Source: a virus. Taken from it: a DNA stretch of 64,000 nt. The first letter of the stretch is position 1. Every line of letters starts with the position of its first letter. Made by a program: the position numbers and the translations under genes. Of the stretch, positions 40,501 to 47,985 are shown one piece after another. Location: the IMG/VR virus record IMGVR_UViG_3300010370_000028, positions 71,390 through 135,389 of that record, one strand, 5' to 3'. The notes under the pieces were generated by a model. That model made no database searches. It was given only the letters and a program-made list of their open reading frames with translations, and had not been told where the DNA came from.

Positions 40501-41252
40501 GTTTTCTTTAAATAGTTTTCAGTTAAATTAACTCTTCTATTAACACTCCAAACCATGTCTCCTTTTTTATAAAAAGTGCCATTTGTCCATTCTAAAAGAT
40601 TATATTGATCTTGAATCAAATAATTAATTAAACTAGTATTACTTATGGCTAATTGATTATTATCCTTATCAAATAATTCAGCGCCCTCATATCTACAACC
40701 GTATCCTCTATAATTAAAACTACAATAATTTGATAGAATTATTCTATTGTTTAAATGCGCACCATCTATATCTAAAGCGGTTGTTAATTCTAATTCTACA
40801 AATAATCTATTTTCCGCTGTCTTTTGAGCAACTATATAAGTGTCGTTACTAATTTCGGCTGAAGAGTCTGCTTCTCCCCAAGGATTTCCACCATCAAAAT
40901 TATCATCATCTAAAAATTTTGCAAAAGTTCTTTTTCTAACTATTCTAGCATGTTGCAAATCTTTATTATTAGCTAGAATATCAGTCATAATAAAGTCTTT
41001 ATTAGATATTCTAATTTTTGGTCTTACTAATCTATTGCTAGTAGATAATTCAAACCCTTCGGTTTCAACTGGCATTGGCAAATATTCAGTACCTTGCCAT
41101 ATAATAGGTTGTTGAAAATTAGAGCCAGGGTGAAAAGCTAAAAATAAATTTTCTTTATCAACAATATTGAAATATAATAGATAAAAATCTAATATAGCAG
41201 AAGGTTGAAATTCAACCAAACTTCTAGCTACTTTATCTTGACCTTTCCCCAT
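37548..41252 (-). CDS. Minor tail protein L (lambda gpL-like) with LamG and C-type lectin insertions
   Basis: WQGTEYLPMPVETEGFE, RKRTFAKFLD, CSFNYRGYGC, DECAK...CKKRF, terminal LPFGGFPG. Confidence 0.88.
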   Translation of the reverse strand: MGKGQDKVARSLVEFQPSAILDFYLLYFNIVDKENLFLAFHPGSNFQQPIIWQGTEYLPMPVETEGFELSTSNRLVRPKIRISNKDFIMTDILANNKDLQHARIVRKRTFAKFLDDDNFDGGNPWGEADSSAEISNDTYIVAQKTAENRLFVELELTTALDIDGAHLNNRIILSNYCSFNYRGYGCRYEGAELFDKDNNQLAISNTSLINYLIQDQYNLLEWTNGTFYKKGDMVWSVNRRVNLTENYLKKTAKFQETYYVCSQDHTANQNTAPWSSSGPLYWKKDECAKNITACKKRFNKTTISKTVSDVYSIEEKYLNTQVLASSSASPSTNGLKYLQQEDSLTSFIDKDFTIAAWISTTGLPNNVQTVFSTIKTGSYWGGSLLYYLHNEKFVQVFSTINQGNSSNPRFEEIGSLNRVGYDSNGYYLNGAYGVYEGSTNSINLSQISIGQIKELLFFNQEAGSWKVGDFIKGYYKNHSIEGIITEINSSQNYSIKFEGTSIANIQAGVGIINKNSITKQIDTTNFQAKHRPLFPDYETVDNTLIKVKIRVTANSSPTIDTTPRFAVVEKPALISWAAASTEAQSLGGRLAVLNTEQKNNIVPIFNGSKWIGGHDVAKEGNFRWINGEYVKQGYQNWNFIASNLSSLFQEPNDGVNTAGVRQIPQPGQDYMQIYGNDSYPVPGIHAYKKWDDVQEGNFANGYIIEYPWMFENQADIKVSDLQWISTPNNIVTGVNTYNLLLMEGKDTQKDGGYIKISLINTAGEGSAIYTLPANQKFTFSHFLHQKNHDKNPGDPDYSTKFRLGVTDWYYTSTLTSDNNGVNRNGFNGPRGKQIISQFDEFLNSVSFTNLNVGEDGWSIESPAFRKSHHPSINFNSWKVGDYIEYEYTHDNIKLGGEITNISISGDNVFITLKIIYRSTNVTNTTPTSEVVVKSTALTWPQAKADAELRGGRLFCPKIKEDWDNVYYANQALMNINPCWIGGTDTGKEGDWRWIDETLFYTGVATRGGAVSGLFNNWSIGEPNNAITVGGQHYAYSVAFNSSFVGPNGKGAWDDAHLNIATIKSYILERPVKVKVYTNITTADTRGNSYTSPINYHGLAIWDRALTDTEKQWLRRDLSNDIFSAPNAKLPRKFIELPTDGRAGLNITGNLIGWWQDYYTGILPERGGTYKWINESGQWPNGDLKREISITGIGNTNLINTYSTSINRNYTYTKQPNYYLPFGGFPGTYGYGYGN

Positions 41253-41289
41253 ATCTTATGTTACACTTTTTTTATAATAAAAACTGGAA

Positions 41290-41751
41290 ATGAAATTTAA
41301 ATTAATAAAAGAACCAACTGAAGAATTATTTAATATTTTTAAGCTTTATTGCTTAAAATCAAAACCTTTTGATTTTTGCGAATTACCTTCAATGCAAATG
41401 AGAATTTTTAAAATAAGAGAATATTTTGATAATTTATTTAAAAATTGTGAAGTTTACACCGCTGAAGAAGATGAAAAAATTTTAGGTTTTGGTGGATTTA
41501 GACCCATAGGAGATAATGTTAATGCAGATTTTGCGGTTGGTCTTAATAATATTTTAACATTTAAGGAAATATCTAAGGTTTTTGCTGATTTTAGAGAATT
41601 TTACAAAAAACAAAACCCTCAAATAAAAACATTTAGTGGCGAAATTTACCGCACTTACAAAGCAGACTCTTATTTAAAATTTATTAAAAGATACATGAAA
41701 CCCTCAAAAATAGATCTTGACGGGGAAAGAATTATGGTGTATTTTGACTGA
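41290..41751 (+). CDS. Hypothetical protein, possible GNAT fold
   Basis: VYTAEEDEKILGFGG strand pattern. Confidence 0.5.
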   Translation: MKFKLIKEPTEELFNIFKLYCLKSKPFDFCELPSMQMRIFKIREYFDNLFKNCEVYTAEEDEKILGFGGFRPIGDNVNADFAVGLNNILTFKEISKVFADFREFYKKQNPQIKTFSGEIYRTYKADSYLKFIKRYMKPSKIDLDGERIMVYFD

Positions 41752-41752
41752 G

Positions 41753-42271
41753 ATGTTTTACAGAAATAAATACGATGTAACTGGTGAATGCTCAAATATG
41801 GGTGGTTCTGCCGAAGAACAATTCAAAGAAATTGCGGAAAGACTTGGTAATCAAGTAACTAAATCAACTTTTAGAGAACAGATTAGCCATATTGATTTCC
41901 ACGTCCTTAATCAAAAGGGTGAAAAATACACAGTCGATGTAAAATCAAGAAAAAAAGTCAAAAGAAAAGACGACAATATCAACGATGAGCTAATTTGGAT
42001 TGAATTTAAAAATGTTCAAGGGAAAAATGGTTGGCTTTATGGGGCGGCAAATTTCATCGCCTTTGAAAGAGAAAATTCTTTTTTAATCGTTAGTCGTCCA
42101 GCATTGGCAAAATTGTGTGAAAAAATTGTTGACTTGACCGAAATTAATGTTAAGATTAGATATCCTCTTTACAAAGGATACCAGAGATACGGTCGCAAAG
42201 ACCTTCTTTCTTTGATTAAAGTCGAAGACATTACAGATAACTTAAAACATATTATATGGGAGAAAAAATAA
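41753..42271 (+). CDS. PD-(D/E)XK nuclease-like protein
   Basis: HIDF...VDVKS, WIEFKNV.G..GWL; promoter TTGACG(41717)-17 nt-TATTTT upstream. Confidence 0.7.
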   Translation: MFYRNKYDVTGECSNMGGSAEEQFKEIAERLGNQVTKSTFREQISHIDFHVLNQKGEKYTVDVKSRKKVKRKDDNINDELIWIEFKNVQGKNGWLYGAANFIAFERENSFLIVSRPALAKLCEKIVDLTEINVKIRYPLYKGYQRYGRKDLLSLIKVEDITDNLKHIIWEKK

Positions 42272-42513
42272 CAAAAAATTGCAGGGTCATCGGTACAAAC
42301 GATGCCTTTAAAAATCTACAAAGTCAAAGCGATGAAAATTTTACGCTAGTTAATTTGGCAGATTCTGTACACGAATTGATCTTTCAAGATCAAAAATATC
42401 TTTTTGACATTAAAGGAGTGATCTTTACTAAAGAAAACACAATTATTTTGACAGGTTTTCTTAGTGACGATACTCAACAAGTAGGTAAAATAGCGGTCGA
42501 GCTTTTTAATTAA
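42256..42513 (+). CDS. Hypothetical protein
   Basis: ORF in operon. Confidence 0.55.
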   Translation: MGEKITKNCRVIGTNDAFKNLQSQSDENFTLVNLADSVHELIFQDQKYLFDIKGVIFTKENTIILTGFLSDDTQQVGKIAVELFN

Positions 42514-42671
42514 AATGAATTGGAACTTATTTATTTATTCTGTGATTTATTTAATTCTGCAAATTTTCGTTTATAATAATTAAAATATGATTTTTTATTT
42601 TATCATAATTTTATGCTTGACCTTTTTTCTTATAGAATCTATTGTAGAAACAATTCAAAAGCAGAAACAGC

Positions 42672-42950
42672 ATGAGTACAAAATTAGAAAAAACTACTAC
42701 CAATACTCAAGTTCATTCAATCAAAAAAGCGATTGAAAAAACTAGTAGCGCCCAACTTGACGCTTTGTGGGCAATCTTAAAATATAAAGAAATTGGTATT
42801 TACCGAAAAGTTCAGTGTATTAGTGATATTCTTAATATCTCTCTCGATGATATGATGAATGAGCTTCCTCAAAGTGAGGGTCGTCTTTTAGATAAGCAAA
42901 CTCGCAAGATTATTCACAATGCTCTGATTGAAAGATCTAACAATAAATAA
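42672..42950 (+). CDS. Hypothetical protein
   Basis: ORF after TTGACC(42617)-17 nt-TATTGT. Confidence 0.6.
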   Translation: MSTKLEKTTTNTQVHSIKKAIEKTSSAQLDALWAILKYKEIGIYRKVQCISDILNISLDDMMNELPQSEGRLLDKQTRKIIHNALIERSNNK

Positions 42951-42958
42951 TAACACAA

Positions 42959-43159
42959 ATGACACAAAATAAAGAAGTGGTGTATCGCGTATACGATAAT
43001 AAAAACAATTATCAACAATCATATAGCGCAAAGCTTGACAAAGCTTTTAATTGGGCTAGAGATTGCGCGAATAGAACCAACGGCAAAGTTCATGAGGTAA
43101 CTCTTGAAGATGGCAAGGAAGTATCGTCAAAGATTATTTACGATAAGTCTGAAAAATGA
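42959..43159 (+). CDS. Hypothetical protein
   Basis: ORF in operon. Confidence 0.55.
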   Translation: MTQNKEVVYRVYDNKNNYQQSYSAKLDKAFNWARDCANRTNGKVHEVTLEDGKEVSSKIIYDKSEK

Positions 43160-43380
43160 AAATAACTGCAGAGTTTGATTTAAAACTATCTGAGGAATCT
43201 AAAAAACAAGTTTTTTATTCTTTGATGTATGAAAAATTTGGCTTCCATAAAGATTTTTTTATACAAGGTGCTTCTATCTATGAGATGAGGGAGAATGGCG
43301 TTTCTCAAGAACCTTATCTTATAAAGAAGGCTAGTCCGCTCGACATGTGTATTTTCGAAATTTTTAAAAAATTAAAATGA
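43156..43380 (+). CDS. Hypothetical protein
   Basis: ATGA-coupled on both sides. Confidence 0.55.
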   Translation: MKITAEFDLKLSEESKKQVFYSLMYEKFGFHKDFFIQGASIYEMRENGVSQEPYLIKKASPLDMCIFEIFKKLK

Positions 43381-44027
43381 TTAAGGTTGAATTTATTGAC
43401 AAAATGGGGTCAGATCTTTCTGTCGTTAATGCGGCGAGAGTATCTTTCAATAAGAAGTCTGGCTACAACGAAGATGGAACATTCAAAGAAGGTGATGAAA
43501 GACTTATTGCTTTCTTAGCAAGAGAAAATCATTGGACTCCATTTGGTCATGCTTCACTTTCATTTCATATCAAAGCTCCAATTTTTGTTGCTAGACAACT
43601 AGTAAAACATACAGTTGGACTTGTATGGAACGAGGTAAGTCGCCGCTATGTAGATTCAGAACCAGAAATTTTTTATCCAGATAATTGGCGTAAAAAGAAT
43701 GAAGATAAAAAACAAGGATCTCATGAAGATCAATTTGTTGATGTATCTTTTGCTGATGATTGTAGTATTTATGCGAGTTGTGAAATTGCAGTAGCAACAT
43801 ACAAAAGTCTTCTTGCTGCTGGTGTTTGTGCCGAACAAGCTAGAATGGTTTTACCGCAAAATATTATGACAGAATGGTATTGGTCTGGATCTCTTCATGC
43901 TTTCGCTCGTGTTTGTAACTTGCGTTGCAAAAAAGATACACAAAAAGAAACTAGAGATGTTGCAGATCAAATTGATCAAATCGCAAAAGAACATTTTCCT
44001 GTTAGTTGGAAATATTTGAGACAATGA
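43377..44027 (+). CDS. thyX: FAD-dependent thymidylate synthase
   Basis: VNAARVS, HWTPF, RQLVKH...NEVSRRY, EQARMVLP, TQKETR. Confidence 0.95.
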   Translation: MIKVEFIDKMGSDLSVVNAARVSFNKKSGYNEDGTFKEGDERLIAFLARENHWTPFGHASLSFHIKAPIFVARQLVKHTVGLVWNEVSRRYVDSEPEIFYPDNWRKKNEDKKQGSHEDQFVDVSFADDCSIYASCEIAVATYKSLLAAGVCAEQARMVLPQNIMTEWYWSGSLHAFARVCNLRCKKDTQKETRDVADQIDQIAKEHFPVSWKYLRQ

Positions 44028-44596
44028 AAGTAGTTACCTCGCAGTGTAAAACAACACTCTTGCTTAATAATGCTTGGCAACCAATTAATGCTATTACAGC
44101 GAGAGCCGCATTCTCACATTTATTGAAGGGACATATTACTGCTCTTGATAAAAACAATAATGTGTTTCATTCTTTAGATAGATGGAATAAAGACGCTGAG
44201 TTTTATGAAGATCAACCTGTATTAAGAAGTGCCAAAGGTGTTTGGCCTATTCCAACTGTTATTATTGTAACGAGTAAGTTTTTTCGCCGCCCAAAGAAAA
44301 AGAAATTGACTACTTTGGAGATGGCAAAGATTTATAACTTTACTTGTCAGTATTGTTTAAATAAATTTAAAATTGCTGATTTAACAATTGATCACATCAA
44401 CCCCAAAAGTAAAGGTGGTACAGATGATCATGAAAATAGAACTTTAGCTTGCAAACCTTGTAACACAAGAAAGGCTAGTAAGTTTCCATTTTTTAATGTT
44501 AAAAATGAACCAGTAGCCGCACCAGAAATTCCTGCTTTGATGTTGAATACGAGTAAAGTTAGAAGAGAGTGGGAGTATTTTTTGGGTTCTGTGTAA
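44024..44596 (+). CDS. HNH endonuclease (McrA-like)
   Basis: LLLNNAWQP, CQYC, TIDHINPKSKGG, N..LACKPCN..K. Confidence 0.88.
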   Translation: MKVVTSQCKTTLLLNNAWQPINAITARAAFSHLLKGHITALDKNNNVFHSLDRWNKDAEFYEDQPVLRSAKGVWPIPTVIIVTSKFFRRPKKKKLTTLEMAKIYNFTCQYCLNKFKIADLTIDHINPKSKGGTDDHENRTLACKPCNTRKASKFPFFNVKNEPVAAPEIPALMLNTSKVRREWEYFLGSV

Positions 44597-44603
44597 ATCT
44601 CTG

Positions 44604-44631
44604 TTGACAAAAACACAAATTTGATTAAAAT
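44604..44631 (+). promoter_or_regulatory. sigma70-like promoter of the RNA/tRNA array
   Basis: TTGACA-16 nt-TAAAAT. Confidence 0.7.
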
Positions 44632-44638
44632 AAAAATT

Positions 44639-44834
44639 GAAGGTAGTAAACGCCAGAAGTTACTAAGGTCCGAAAGGGAGATTGGGTTGAGATAAACCCA
44701 CTAATTAGAAAGTTTTATATACTTTTCCTTTAGAGGGGTTAAAGGGCTTCATGCCCTGTATCAATATGTAAATGATTTGCAAAAAACCTGCATGTGCGGG
44801 TGAGTAATGAAATGTATATTGATCGCCTCTCTAA
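44639..44834 (+). ncRNA. Unassigned structured RNA(s)
   Basis: Stems TAGTAA/TTACTA, TGGGTT/AACCCA, TTAGAGGGG/CCTCTCTAA, AGGGC/GCCCT, ATCAATATG/TATATTGAT, ACCTGC/GCGGGT; no ORF. Confidence 0.55.
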
Positions 44835-44851
44835 TAGGCATCAATTTTCAT

Positions 44852-44937
44852 GGGTAGATACCCAAGTGGCTAAAGGGGGCAGACTGTAAATCTGCTGATG
44901 TATGTCTACGTTGGTTCGAATCCAACTCTGCCCACCA
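44852..44937 (+). tRNA. tRNA-Tyr(GTA)
   Basis: Cloverleaf, CT-GTA-AA loop, long variable arm, encoded CCA. Confidence 0.95.
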
Positions 44938-44942
44938 TTTTC

Positions 44943-45016
44943 GCGGGATTTGTATAATGGTAATACGCCATCCTTCCAAGTTGGAGTCATCAGTTCGATT
45001 CTGATATCCCGCACCA
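44943..45016 (+). tRNA. tRNA-Gly(TCC)
   Basis: Cloverleaf, CT-TCC-AA loop, CCA. Confidence 0.93.
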
Positions 45017-45020
45017 ATTT

Positions 45021-45463
45021 TTCCCTGCCATTGTAGGCTGAGATCCTGCAATGAGCGAGTTGACAGAGAGCGGGTTAGCAACCCGATGATGTCAAACGTA
45101 ATCCGACACAAATTAAAGTAGGCTTGGAGTCGCTACCAAGATGAAATAGTCACTGTGTTTCTTCAAATTGATCAAAGCTGCGCTTGGTTAATTAATCGGT
45201 AGTGGGGAATATTCGTATCATGCACGAATTAAAATATGTCATGACGCAGCTAGGTGTGGTTCCTAGATAGCCACAGCCCTTGGCGAGTGTGACAGCAATC
45301 TGTTATGGGCAAATCATTTTCTATGTTTTTTCTATTGTGGTCTTTATCGCCCGAAGTATGTTGGGAAAGCAGATTGGAAATCTCCGACGAGCCTCTACTA
45401 GCAGAAAAGTGACAGAAGGATAAACGAGTGGTGTCTTGGACCGAAGCTTCTTCAGCAATAGAA
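45021..45463 (+). ncRNA. Unassigned structured RNAs within the tRNA array
   Basis: Three folded units (45021-45209, 45211-45310, 45330-45463) with nested stems and G-U pairs, GC-richer than the flanks. Confidence 0.65.
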
Positions 45464-45475
45464 AGTTTTTTTAAC

Positions 45476-45497
45476 TCCAAAGTAGCTCAGTTAGTAG
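45476..45497 (+). pseudogene. Truncated tRNA 5' fragment (Asn-like TCC start)
   Basis: TCCAAAG-TA-GCTC-AGTTAGTAG = acceptor 5' strand plus D-arm start; interrupted by the HNH ORF. Confidence 0.65.
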
Positions 45498-46035
45498 TAT
45501 TTAAATTTATTAATTTAAGTCTTTTTCTAATAGATGTTTCAGAAACATTTAAAATTTTTGAAATTTTTATATTTGATAAATTTTGTTTCTTTAATTCAAG
45601 AAGGTCTTTATCTGTAAATTTTCTTTTGTTATTATTATAACAAAGTGTGCAATAATTTGCGCTTGGATCTTTTTGATTACCACAAACACATTTTCTTTTA
45701 TTAGTTATTATTAATTTTTGCTCTTTTAAAAAATCATCATTAAATTGATAAAAATTTGTTGGTAAATCAACATAATTATTATGCACTTCTCTATGACAAT
45801 TTGCACAAAGTAAAATACATTTTTTCAATTCTGGTACGACAACATTATCCCAACTTTTTGGATTTGCGCGAATATTTGCTAATCCAATATCTTTTTTAGA
45901 TGGATCTAAATGATGAAATTCTAAAGATGCATTGCATTTGTTGTAACCGCAAATCTGACAACATCCACCCATACACTTAATCATTTTATCTTTATTATTT
46001 TTTCTCCACTCTTTTACTTTTTCTTTACTCATCAT
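45487..46035 (-). CDS. HNH homing endonuclease with C-terminal Zn ribbon and HTH
   Basis: GGCCQICGY, LEFHHLDP, CILLCANCHREVH; CVCG..CTLC; NIKISKILNVSETSIRKRL. Confidence 0.88.
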   Translation of the reverse strand: MMSKEKVKEWRKNNKDKMIKCMGGCCQICGYNKCNASLEFHHLDPSKKDIGLANIRANPKSWDNVVVPELKKCILLCANCHREVHNNYVDLPTNFYQFNDDFLKEQKLIITNKRKCVCGNQKDPSANYCTLCYNNNKRKFTDKDLLELKKQNLSNIKISKILNVSETSIRKRLKLINLNTTN

Positions 46036-46074
46036 GTAATAATAAGTTTTTAAGTTCGAATTTCAAATTAAACT

Positions 46075-46102
46075 TTGACAAAAAAATATTTTAACATATA
46101 AT
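46075..46102 (+). promoter_or_regulatory. sigma70 promoter restarting the tRNA array after the HNH gene
   Basis: TTGACA-16 nt-TATAAT. Confidence 0.8.
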
Positions 46103-46117
46103 AAAACATAATTTTAA

Positions 46118-46192
46118 TGTAGAGTGGCAGACTAGCAATGCATTCGCCTGTTAAGCGAAACTATGTGGGAGCGTAACCCACCTCTACAGCCA
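46118..46192 (+). tRNA. tRNA-Asn(GTT), atypical D/T loops
   Basis: TGTAGAG/CTCTACA acceptor, TTCGC-CTGTTAA-GCGAA, G73, CCA; T-loop AGCGTAA. Confidence 0.85.
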
Positions 46193-46198
46193 TTTTTA

Positions 46199-46273
46199 GC
46201 CGATTTAGCACAGTGGTAGTGCAACTCATTTGTAATGAGTAGGTCGTTGGTTCGAATCCGACAATCGGCTCCA
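46199..46273 (+). tRNA. tRNA-Thr(TGT)
   Basis: Canonical cloverleaf, CCA. Confidence 0.95.
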
Positions 46274-46279
46274 TTTTTT

Positions 46280-46356
46280 CGGGATGTAACTCAGCTTGGT
46301 AGAGTGCTGCGTTTGGGACGCAGATGTCGCATGTTCGAATCGTGTCATCCCGACCA
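46280..46356 (+). tRNA. tRNA-Pro(TGG)
   Basis: Canonical cloverleaf, CCA. Confidence 0.95.
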
Positions 46357-46359
46357 TTA

Positions 46360-46432
46360 GGGGGTATAGCTCAGTTGGTAGAGCGTTAGCTTTGCAAGCT
46401 AAATGTCTGGGGTTCGAATCCCCATGCCTCCA
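46360..46432 (+). tRNA. tRNA-Ala(TGC)
   Basis: G3-U70, canonical cloverleaf, CCA not encoded (CAA). Confidence 0.95.
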
Positions 46433-46440
46433 CAATTTTT

Positions 46441-46514
46441 CGCACGTTGGCAGAGAAGTCATGCAGTGGTCTGCAAAACCGCATAGTCCAGAGCGTTACT
46501 GGAACGTGCGTCCA
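46441..46514 (+). tRNA. tRNA-Cys(GCA), atypical D/T loops
   Basis: CGCACGT/ACGTGCG acceptor, U73, CCA; T-loop AGCGTTA. Confidence 0.85.
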
Positions 46515-46516
46515 AA

Positions 46517-46589
46517 GGGGAGTTAGCACAGCGGTGGTTGCGTCTGCTTTACACGCAGAATGTCGGGGGTTCGAATCCCTCACTCCCTA
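46517..46589 (+). tRNA. tRNA-Val(TAC)
   Basis: Cloverleaf, TT-TAC-AC loop, no CCA. Confidence 0.92.
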
Positions 46590-46592
46590 TTT

Positions 46593-47903
46593 TTATCTAT
46601 TTATTTCTTCCCAATCTAAAGAACCATAAGCAGTTTCTGAAGCTGTACTTGCGGCAATAGCAAGAGTAAGTTCTGTTGAGGTATTAGTAAATGGATTTCT
46701 TTCTAATTGAAATTTAAGAAGTTCGCTTTTTGGCAAATCAATCTGTGATGATGACTGATTACTTGAACTTATAAACCCTTTTGCTACGACTAAACCACCA
46801 GAAATTGTAGTGCCATCAAGTTTATATTCTACAGCTGAATCGGTTCCAGCAGATACCCAAGTACCATTTGTTGTTGTACCATTCTTAATCAATCTCCATT
46901 CACATATTGATGTATCTACAGTCAATGCGGAAGCGGCAGATGGAACAACTATTGCATCTAATTTATCAGATTTCAATCTTAATGAAACTAAAGGATAAAA
47001 AATACCAGCATCAGTTAAAGATTTAGCGCCAGTTATCGGCGTTCCAATTGCCTGTTGAGTTCCTCTTAATTCATAACCACCCTCAGACATAACAGTTGAA
47101 CATATTTGCTTTAATGTTCCAGATGTAGATAAATTTCCGACATTAAAAATTTCATATCTTAATGGAAGACTTGCGGTTTTTAAATATGTTCCTTGTATTT
47201 GATTAGCATGATGGAATGAATGAGCTAAAATAAATTTACCATCAATTACAAACCCTGCTCTAATTGTTCCTGCACCAAGCCACTCCATGTCATTCCAAAA
47301 TATTTGAGACTTTGTTGAATCTAAAGTATATTGAGAATAACCACTTCCATTTAATTTATCTCCATTCCATTCAGATTGCGGCACTTTAATTTCTATTGGA
47401 CTTCCGCTAATGGAAGTTCTTTTAACTAAATTTAATACAGAACCGCTTTGTTCTATAAAAACACCATCCGCAGAACCAAAATATCCAATTCTTTGTACAA
47501 GATTTGTTTGTGGTGGAGACATTGTAAATGTACTAAGTGACATTAAAGATTTTCCAGGTTGGTAAGGGAAAACTTTTCTCGTTTCTCTATAAATATAGCA
47601 ACCAGAACCAGTCGAAATATTTAAATCCATTAAACCTTGATTTTGATTAAATGTTGCATTGCCTGTACCACCAGTTGCGGTTGCCCACAATCCATTGTCA
47701 GCATATCTATGACTTGAATCAAATAAAGTGAATGGTTCAGATATTCTTAAACGACCAAAACTATCGAAACGAGTTTCTTCAAAACCAAGATCTCCCTTTT
47801 CTATTGGTCTATAATGATCATTATATTTATCATATAAAAAAGGAATCTGTCCTGCCGTATGGGATAATTGTCCAAGATTCTGGAATGTATATTGGTCTGC
47901 CAT
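46593..47903 (-). CDS. Putative virion structural protein (beta-rich)
   Basis: DSFGRLRISEPFTLFD, YQPGKS, EWLGAG motifs; GTGTAA upstream. Confidence 0.65.
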   Translation of the reverse strand: MADQYTFQNLGQLSHTAGQIPFLYDKYNDHYRPIEKGDLGFEETRFDSFGRLRISEPFTLFDSSHRYADNGLWATATGGTGNATFNQNQGLMDLNISTGSGCYIYRETRKVFPYQPGKSLMSLSTFTMSPPQTNLVQRIGYFGSADGVFIEQSGSVLNLVKRTSISGSPIEIKVPQSEWNGDKLNGSGYSQYTLDSTKSQIFWNDMEWLGAGTIRAGFVIDGKFILAHSFHHANQIQGTYLKTASLPLRYEIFNVGNLSTSGTLKQICSTVMSEGGYELRGTQQAIGTPITGAKSLTDAGIFYPLVSLRLKSDKLDAIVVPSAASALTVDTSICEWRLIKNGTTTNGTWVSAGTDSAVEYKLDGTTISGGLVVAKGFISSSNQSSSQIDLPKSELLKFQLERNPFTNTSTELTLAIAASTASETAYGSLDWEEINR

Positions 47904-47985
47904 TCCATTTATTTACACTTTTAATTCGAAAATTGTCTGAAATTCACCTTGACTCTGAGTAAATTCATGCTATGCTAATAACATA

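Noticed and set aside
37548-41252. Diversity-generating retroelement acting on the C-type lectin domains
   Set aside because: No reverse transcriptase and no adenine-variant template repeat seen in this window
44639-45463. Hammerhead, twister or theta/HDV-like ribozyme assignment
   Set aside because: Could not fit the conserved catalytic cores by eye; left as unassigned RNAs
45487-46035. Group I intron in a tRNA
   Set aside because: The ORF is antisense, no P7-like core is visible and no complete 3' exon follows
44848-46629. Short ORFs over the tRNA array (44848-45111, 45250-45480, 46226-46462, 46296-46526, 46386-46583, 46447-46629)
   Set aside because: They are translations of tRNA or structured RNA sequence
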